Assembly: GCA_964623775.1 (NCBI GenBank)
Contig: CAZUVH010000001.1
Location: forward strand, 284,784 to 348,783
Source: an uncultured Candidatus Saccharibacteria bacterium
Lineage (GTDB): Bacteria; Patescibacteriota; Minisyncoccia; Phycocordibacterales; UBA2100
Reading direction: 5' to 3'
DNA length: 64,000 nt
Of this stretch, positions 52,290 to 58,712 are shown piece by piece. How positions within the stretch are numbered: the stretch's first letter is position 1; each line of letters starts with the position of its first letter. A program made the position numbers and the translations under genes. The notes under the pieces were generated by a model. It was not told where the DNA came from. It searched no databases and saw only the letters and a program-made list of their open reading frames with translations.

Positions 52290-54500
52290 ATGCTCGAAAA
52301 AATTCTGCGTGGGATAGTCATTACCGGAGTTTTCAGTTTGCCGTTCGTTTGCCTCATTGTCGCGTCATCGATGTTCTTCCCTTTCATTACGGGTAAGAAT
52401 TTCGCGTTCCGCATCATTGTAGACATTATCGTCGGCGCGTGGCTTGCCCTTGCACTTGTCAACGAAAAATATCGTCCCCGTCGATCCTGGATCCTGGGGA
52501 CATTCGCTCTATTTGTACTCATAATGGCGATAGCAAATGCGCAGGGCGTCTATCCCTTCAAGAGCTTCTGGAGCAACTACGAACGCATGGACGGGTGGGT
52601 CACGATTGCCCACACACTGGCATACCTCGTCGTGGCCGCATCAGTGATCGCAAGTGAGAGAATGTGGCGATCCCTGTTTCAGGTCAATCTCGGCGTATCA
52701 GTGTTCTTGAGTGCGTATGGGTTAATGCAGTTGGCGGGGCTCTCTGCACTGGGTCAGGGGGGGAAAGCTGGACTTGCTACAGCTCGTATCGATGCGACTT
52801 TTGGAAACCCGATCTATTTGGCGGTGTACATGCTTTTCAATATCGCGTTCGCCGCACTCCTGTGGGTCCAGATGTCACAGGTACGGCCGGCAGGTAAGCG
52901 CTTGATGCCGTCGCTCTTTTACGGCGGAGTCATTTTATTCGATACATTGGCACTCCTTCTCACTGCGACACGCGGTGCGATGTTCGGGCTCATTGGAGGA
53001 GCGCTGCTCGCCTTGCTGCTCGTGGCCTTTTTCCAAGGGACTCGACGAATACGGACTATCGCAGTCGCATCTCTTGTGGCCGTCGTTGTCTTTGGCGTTG
53101 CCATCAAGCTCGGTAAAGATACGCCACTCGTAAAGAGCATAGGATTCATTGATCGTCTCGCGCAGACAAATCTGGGGGGTACCGTAGAGACCCGATTTCT
53201 CAATGCGGGTATGGCGTGGCAGGGAGTGAAAGAGCGTCCACTCCTTGGTTGGGGGCAGGAAAATTACGCCATTGTTTTCGATAAATATTTCGATCCTCGC
53301 ATGTACCGTGCGGAACCGTGGTTTGACCGAACGCACAACGTCATATTTGACTGGTTCGTTACGGGCGGCATCCTCGGACTTCTCTCGTATCTCTCAATTC
53401 TCGCAGCTGCACTGTGGCTGATTTGGATGCGGGGGATACTTTCGATTCCTGAACGAGCGATATTCACCGGGCTTCTCGCGGGCTATACATTTCAAAACCT
53501 CACGGTTTTTGACAATGTGACCAGTTATATACTTTTTGCGACTGTGCTCGCATACATTGTCTGGCGCGAGCGCGAGGCGGGGAAAAATGCGCCGCTCTTC
53601 ACGAAAAAGCTTCTGCCCGAAAATAGTCTGCCGTTTGTCGCTGTAATCGCAGGTATCGTCACGTTTGCTGCCGTATGGTGGATCAATATTCCCGCGTTGC
53701 AGGCCAATTGGACGCTTCTCAAGGCAGTAGCGCCGCAGCAGGCCGGTGTCACAAAGAATCTCGAATACTTCAAGCAGGCGATCGCATACGGCACGATGGG
53801 CACACAGGAGGCTCGTGAGCAGATCGCGCAGATCTCCGTGCAGGTGCAGGGCTCGAAGCTCGACAATTCGATCAAGCAGGAGTTCTTCAACCTGGCAACT
53901 TCCGAGATGAAAAAGCAAAGCGCAGAGTCGCCGCTTGATGCGCGATTCCCACTCTTCCTCGGGTCTGTCCTCGACGCGTATGGTCAGCATGACGCAGCTG
54001 CAGCCGCTTTCCAGCGGGCACATGAGCTCTCGCCGGCCAAACAAAGCATTCTGTACCTCATGGCGCAAAACGCGATGACGCGTGGTGACAGTGCAGCCGC
54101 ACTGCAACATTTGAAGACAGCGTATGAGGTCCTTCCGGCAAACATAGAAGCACGACTCAACTATGCCGCGATGGCGATCCAGCTGAAGCAGGACGCGCTC
54201 GCCGATGAGTTGCTTGCGCCAGTCATGGCGACAGGGGAGGCGGCCAACAATAAAGTCGCATCCGCGTATCTCGCACGTGGCCGCTACGACAAGATTGCGC
54301 AGATCTGGGAATCGCACATCGTGGCAGTACCGACCGATCTGCAAGGATACTTCACGCTCGCCGCCGCCTATTACGCACTCGGCAACAAGGAAAAATCGAT
54401 CGAAGCTTTACAAAAGGCAAAGGCCGCTATCCCAGCTTCGGCACAACAGGTTGATTCACTCATCATTGAGATTCAAAACGGCACGGTGAAGTTGCAGTAG
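52290..54500 (+). CDS. O-antigen ligase family (Wzy_C) membrane protein fused to C-terminal TPR repeats
   Basis: The N-terminal ~430 aa are multi-TM with Wzy_C-like loop regions (…TFGNPIYLAVYMLFNIAF…LLLTATRGAMFGL…). The C-terminal ~280 aa are helical repeats (…AAAAFQRAHELSPAKQSILYLMAQNAMTRGDSAAALQHLKTAYEVLPANIEARLNYAAM…). Confidence 0.7.
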   Translation: MLEKILRGIVITGVFSLPFVCLIVASSMFFPFITGKNFAFRIIVDIIVGAWLALALVNEKYRPRRSWILGTFALFVLIMAIANAQGVYPFKSFWSNYERMDGWVTIAHTLAYLVVAASVIASERMWRSLFQVNLGVSVFLSAYGLMQLAGLSALGQGGKAGLATARIDATFGNPIYLAVYMLFNIAFAALLWVQMSQVRPAGKRLMPSLFYGGVILFDTLALLLTATRGAMFGLIGGALLALLLVAFFQGTRRIRTIAVASLVAVVVFGVAIKLGKDTPLVKSIGFIDRLAQTNLGGTVETRFLNAGMAWQGVKERPLLGWGQENYAIVFDKYFDPRMYRAEPWFDRTHNVIFDWFVTGGILGLLSYLSILAAALWLIWMRGILSIPERAIFTGLLAGYTFQNLTVFDNVTSYILFATVLAYIVWREREAGKNAPLFTKKLLPENSLPFVAVIAGIVTFAAVWWINIPALQANWTLLKAVAPQQAGVTKNLEYFKQAIAYGTMGTQEAREQIAQISVQVQGSKLDNSIKQEFFNLATSEMKKQSAESPLDARFPLFLGSVLDAYGQHDAAAAAFQRAHELSPAKQSILYLMAQNAMTRGDSAAALQHLKTAYEVLPANIEARLNYAAMAIQLKQDALADELLAPVMATGEAANNKVASAYLARGRYDKIAQIWESHIVAVPTDLQGYFTLAAAYYALGNKEKSIEALQKAKAAIPASAQQVDSLIIEIQNGTVKLQ

Positions 54501-54639
54501 AGAATTTTTTCCCCGGACAATCTCGTCATTTGCACTTCTCTCGGTGCAGTTGAAATGATATTTTAAGAGATCAAAAAGAGATAAAGAAAAGATAAAGTGA
54601 TTGTTTGCACAGCGGCGGGCACGTATGTATAGTGCCGCC

Positions 54640-57471
54640 ATGAATTTGCGCAGGGTCGCGTTGATGGTACTTATATTGGCAGCCACTTCCTCTGCGACGC
54701 CCGCTTTCGCCTCCACTCTCCCCGACACCTGTGGCGCCTACGATAGTGGCCAATCGGGAGGCATCTTCGACCCGGCGGGGGATAGCACTGAATATTCTTC
54801 GGATGGGTATCTCATCTACCGTCTCCATCTCAAAAACCCCTCTGCCCCGGGCGATACTTTCAATCTTAGATTCCAATATTTTCTGGACACATGCAGAGAT
54901 GTCACGCTCTTTGCAAGCGGACCGCTCGTCACTTTGCCAGCAGGCGTCAGCGACGTCAGTATTCGCTTCACGTCGAGAACAGAGTACGGTATCTGGGACG
55001 ACACACACGAGACGCTTCTTAATCAGGTCTCGATCGAATCGTACCCCGCGTATATCAGCATCAGACCCACCCTCATCGCTTCGCCGACCTCGTTCTACAT
55101 CGGCCACACGCACAAAATCTATCGTGATGGCGTGCCCCCGATTGTCGAGAGTGCCGTGGAGAAGCCTGCCGCTTGTCCGCCACTCCAGGTACAGACGGAT
55201 GGCCTGTGGTTTGACCATGGATACGAACGTGCCGAATACGTGGACGGCCTCTTGCGCGTCCACTTGCGCTTCCTCGACAGAGTAGTCCCTGCCGACAATT
55301 TCCCACGTTTCAACTTCCGGCAAGGCGTTGTACCGGTGACGAACGAAGATTGCACATTCAGTGCGCCACTCAATTCTTTGCCTTCAATCATCGCTCCGTA
55401 TCACAGCTGGTACTATTCGTACCGTTTTATCGATGCGACGCACTGGGTAATGTGGGACGATGAGAGAAACGTGCCGTTCTCAGACGTGTCGGGACTCTGC
55501 AATAGCTGCTCCGGCACCATTCCCGAAGGTACGAAGTACGTCTACTGGCTCGGCGACCGCAACGGCCGCTTCATGCGCACCACCCCATTCCCGCCGGTGG
55601 AACCGACGACGAGAATTGACCCCGTCATCATGATTCCCGGTATTTTGGGGTCAGATTATAACGAGAACGGGGAATTAGTTATGGACCCGATCTTGCACAA
55701 ATACGATGATCTGATCGCGACGTTGGATGCCAATGTTTACACTCAAGGCACGGACCTCTTCACGTTCCCATACAATTGGCGCTTATCGAATATGCATACG
55801 GCACTGCTGCTTAAGGCGAAGATCGATGAGGTTAAGGCGATTTGCCAGTGCGATAAAGTCGATCTCGTCGCGCACTCGATGGGCGGTCTCGTTGCACGAC
55901 AGTACATTCAATCGAGTAGCTATGAAAACGATGTTGATCAGCTAATCTTCCTCGGAACGCCTCACCGTGGTGCGCCCAACTCTTATTTAATGTGGGAAGG
56001 TGGTGAGGTCGAAGCTGGCTTAAGGGATAGGGCGATGGAGCACATTTTGGGACAAGAGGCGCATGAACAAGGTTATGACGATCTGTTTGATTATGTGCGA
56101 AATGAGCCGATTACCTCAGTTCGCGAACTTTTACCTGTCTATGATTACGTTTTCGATAACGGAGACTTGCGTGACTACCCGGAAAATTATCCGACCAACC
56201 CATTTCTCGAAAACCTCAACGCCAACGTAAACGAGCTTCTTGGTTCAGGAGTTTCGATCAGCAATATTGTCGGAGAAAATGGGAGTAACGAGACAATAAT
56301 CGGCATTAATGCAACAAACGGTATGCAGTATTTGCCAATGTGGGAGCATGGCTACCCGGAGAATTTTTATCTTAATTTTGGAGATCATGGATTAGTGCGC
56401 GGTCAAGGTGACGGAACCGTTCCATTCGCAAGTGCCACGTTCGTTGCAGAAAATGTTTCAACGACCACATTCGAGCACACCGCAATACCTGAAGAGGCTC
56501 AGGCAGAGATTTACGAAATCCTTACGGGTGAATCGGCTACGACACTCGTCGACAACTGGAACCTAGTAAACGCCAAACTACTCTTCTTTAAAATGTTTTC
56601 TCCAGCGGATTTTTATGTCATGGCGCCGGATGGCAAGAAGGTCGGAAAAAATGTGCCCGAATCAGAAAAGATCCCTGGTTCATTCTATAGCGGATTCACC
56701 TCTGGCCCGGAATATGTCACGATTCTCAACCCGCTCGATGGAGAGTACAAAATCGTGACGGAAGGCACAGGCAGCGGATCATATACAGTCGAAGCAGCAC
56801 TCCTGAGTGATGAGGAGGTCGTCGAATCTTCGTTTACGGGCAACACCACCTCTGGTTTACTCACGGAGCTCAATGTCGTTCTTGATAGTAATAATCCGAA
56901 CGAGATCGAGGTCACGCCGACCGACACAGAGTCGCCGATCATAAACATCGTATCTCCTGAGGAACGAGACTACGAGCGCTCGCTGCAGCTGGCAGTTAAC
57001 ATATCAGCACAAGACTCGTCAGGCGTATTTGCGCTCGAAACCATACTTGGCACTACGACGATTCCGAACATCGGAGTCGTTGATCTCTTTTTTCTCAAAC
57101 TCGGGACGCACACACTGGCCGTATCTTCCTCCGATAACGTCGGCAATGCGACGACATCAAATCGCACATTCAAAATCATCGCAACGGCGAGCAGTACGCT
57201 TTCGGACATTGATCGTACGTATGCTCTCGGATGGATGACGGAAAAAATTCACAAAACTGTCAGTAAGAAGTTCAAAGCCATAACCAAAATTTCAAAAAAA
57301 GTCGAGAGACGAACTGACGGAAGACCGAATGGAGAGAAGCTACAGATGGTGGTTGATAAGATCCTTGCGCACGCTATGCTTAATGAGCTGCAGAGATACC
57401 GAAGCAGGGGACTCAGTGAGCAGGCTTACCAATTATTAAGAGAGGATATTCTGTGGCTCATTAATAACTAA
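54640..57471 (+). CDS. large secreted alpha/beta-hydrolase (lipase class 2 / LCAT/PGAP1-like esterase domain) with extended N- and C-terminal regions
   Basis: It has a signal peptide (MNLRRVALMVLILAATSSATPAFA). The central lipase-like core is PVIMIPGILGSDYN…FTFPYNWRLS…VDLVAHSMGGLVARQYI…IFLGTPHRGAP (nucleophile elbow GHSMGG type). The start at 54640 is preferred over 54601. Confidence 0.65.
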   Translation: MNLRRVALMVLILAATSSATPAFASTLPDTCGAYDSGQSGGIFDPAGDSTEYSSDGYLIYRLHLKNPSAPGDTFNLRFQYFLDTCRDVTLFASGPLVTLPAGVSDVSIRFTSRTEYGIWDDTHETLLNQVSIESYPAYISIRPTLIASPTSFYIGHTHKIYRDGVPPIVESAVEKPAACPPLQVQTDGLWFDHGYERAEYVDGLLRVHLRFLDRVVPADNFPRFNFRQGVVPVTNEDCTFSAPLNSLPSIIAPYHSWYYSYRFIDATHWVMWDDERNVPFSDVSGLCNSCSGTIPEGTKYVYWLGDRNGRFMRTTPFPPVEPTTRIDPVIMIPGILGSDYNENGELVMDPILHKYDDLIATLDANVYTQGTDLFTFPYNWRLSNMHTALLLKAKIDEVKAICQCDKVDLVAHSMGGLVARQYIQSSSYENDVDQLIFLGTPHRGAPNSYLMWEGGEVEAGLRDRAMEHILGQEAHEQGYDDLFDYVRNEPITSVRELLPVYDYVFDNGDLRDYPENYPTNPFLENLNANVNELLGSGVSISNIVGENGSNETIIGINATNGMQYLPMWEHGYPENFYLNFGDHGLVRGQGDGTVPFASATFVAENVSTTTFEHTAIPEEAQAEIYEILTGESATTLVDNWNLVNAKLLFFKMFSPADFYVMAPDGKKVGKNVPESEKIPGSFYSGFTSGPEYVTILNPLDGEYKIVTEGTGSGSYTVEAALLSDEEVVESSFTGNTTSGLLTELNVVLDSNNPNEIEVTPTDTESPIINIVSPEERDYERSLQLAVNISAQDSSGVFALETILGTTTIPNIGVVDLFFLKLGTHTLAVSSSDNVGNATTSNRTFKIIATASSTLSDIDRTYALGWMTEKIHKTVSKKFKAITKISKKVERRTDGRPNGEKLQMVVDKILAHAMLNELQRYRSRGLSEQAYQLLREDILWLINN

Positions 57472-57482
57472 AGTTTATTACG

Positions 57483-57869
57483 ATGATTCTAAAAATTGCA
57501 AAAAACATCGTTCTGATAGTGATTGCGGCAGTCGCAGGCCACTTTCTCGCAGTTCCGTTCGGAGCCGCATTATCACAAATACTCTCTATCGGAGGCTCAT
57601 ATGGCGGCGATGTTCTAGAGTATTACATGTTTGGCGTTTGCATTTCCCTTACATTTTTTATCTGTCTTCTCTTTTCGACATTTGGCGACAAATATAAATT
57701 CTGGTGGACAGGTGTCGCGCTGCTACCAGTCTTGTGGCTTGAAATGCAGTTGGCAGCAATCTTAATAATTTTCTCAGCGATTTTTGGGGGTATTGGTTGG
57801 TGGCTCGGCAGATTGTTAAGCGGTTATCTGACAAAGGTTGCGCCATCGTTCATGACGAAACTTTCTTGA
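57483..57869 (+). CDS. small hypothetical membrane protein (3–4 TM)
   Basis: The 128-aa ORF is hydrophobic (IVLIVIAAVAGHFLAVPFGAAL…CISLTFFICLLFSTF…LLPVLWLEMQLAAILIIFSAIFGGIGWWLGRLL). Confidence 0.45.
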   Translation: MILKIAKNIVLIVIAAVAGHFLAVPFGAALSQILSIGGSYGGDVLEYYMFGVCISLTFFICLLFSTFGDKYKFWWTGVALLPVLWLEMQLAAILIIFSAIFGGIGWWLGRLLSGYLTKVAPSFMTKLS

Positions 57870-57981
57870 TACATCCGGGGCCAGGATACTGGGAGACGTT
57901 GCGTTCAGGACGAAAAGAACTATAATCACTGATGTGAGTGCCACACAATACGTGTGAACGTGTAGCACAAAGAAAGTCACC

Positions 57982-58015
57982 AAAAAAGCACCATCCGAAA
58001 GGAAGGTGCTTTTTG
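57982..58015. terminator. bidirectional Rho-independent terminator (A-tract / stem with GNRA loop / T-tract)
   Basis: The sequence is aaaaaagcaccatcc-GAAA-ggaaggtgcttttt. The stem halves are agcacc(a)tcc and gga(a)ggtgct. Confidence 0.7.
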
Positions 58016-58026
58016 GTTGTATATGC

Positions 58027-58237
58027 AGGGCACACTGCGGAGGACGGGGTGAATTACGACTATAAAGGAGTAATTCACGGCCGCAGCGAGAAGGCGAGCG
58101 AGGCGGGGTCGCGCAATTTTTCAGCAGAAAAATATGCGTGACCGAGCAGCTCGCGCACGTACGATTCAGGGCACACTGCGGAGGACGGGTGCGAGCTCCA
58201 AAGTGAAAGTCGATGTGAGTGCCGCCGCCCTCCGCAG
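58027..58237. repeat. two direct copies of GGGCACACTGCGGAGGACGG(G)TG (58027, 58168) plus one inverted partial copy (58222–58235); additional hairpin GAATTAC…GTAATTC (58051–58076)
   Basis: The repeats are verified in the sequence. The second copy and the inverted copy can form a 14/15-bp stem with a ~33-nt loop. Confidence 0.75.
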
Positions 58238-58512
58238 TAAGTCCTGAATACTGCATTCAGAGTAGCATCACCATTTACACGCACAAGTGTGGCTGTGATT
58301 AAGAAAAATTTTCGAGCAAAATAAAGTTTCAAAAAACATTCTGAAAATTTTCTCGAAAAAATATTTTATATAAAAGTTATCCACACAAAAAAATATTTTT
58401 CACTCGTAAACATCACATGAGTGCAATAATTAATAAAACGCTCTTCGCATCATAAATGTGCGAGTGCGGGTCGAGCTTAGCACTCCAAGTAAAAGTGATC
58501 ACTGAAAATACT

Positions 58513-58560
58513 ATGGCAAAGAAGAAGAAGGCAAAGGCGAAGAAAAAGAAGCGCCTCTAA
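58513..58560 (+). CDS. 15-codon lysine-rich mini-ORF (MAKKKKAKAKKKKRL), speculative
   Basis: ATG is at 58513 and TAA at 58558–58560. A strong terminator follows immediately. There is no obvious Shine-Dalgarno sequence. Confidence 0.2.
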   Translation: MAKKKKAKAKKKKRL

Positions 58561-58566
58561 TCTCCT

Positions 58567-58600
58567 GAAGATCCCTCCAACCGGAGGGATCTTCTTTTAT
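58567..58600 (+). terminator. Rho-independent terminator (12-bp GC-rich stem, AACC loop, T-tract)
   Basis: The sequence is gaagatccctcc-aacc-ggagggatcttc-ttttat. Confidence 0.75.
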
Positions 58601-58712
58601 ATCGATGTGAATTGATGTAAATCTTATGATTTCAGAACTCCTCGGTCCGGCAACTTAAAAGAACACATTCCTTTATGTTGCACTCACCCTACGTCGCCTG
58701 TAGGATAACCCA

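Noticed and set aside
1-57471. Claim that the island is recently horizontally acquired
   Set aside because: No tRNA/integrase boundary, direct-repeat att sites or obvious compositional discontinuity is visible by eye. The mobile bits (four-helix-bundle cassette, GIY-YIG) are small and internal.
58290-58440. Calling this the chromosomal replication origin
   Set aside because: Only one perfect DnaA box is present. No dnaA/dnaN is nearby, and GC-skew cannot be computed from one window. It is reported as a low-interest observation instead.
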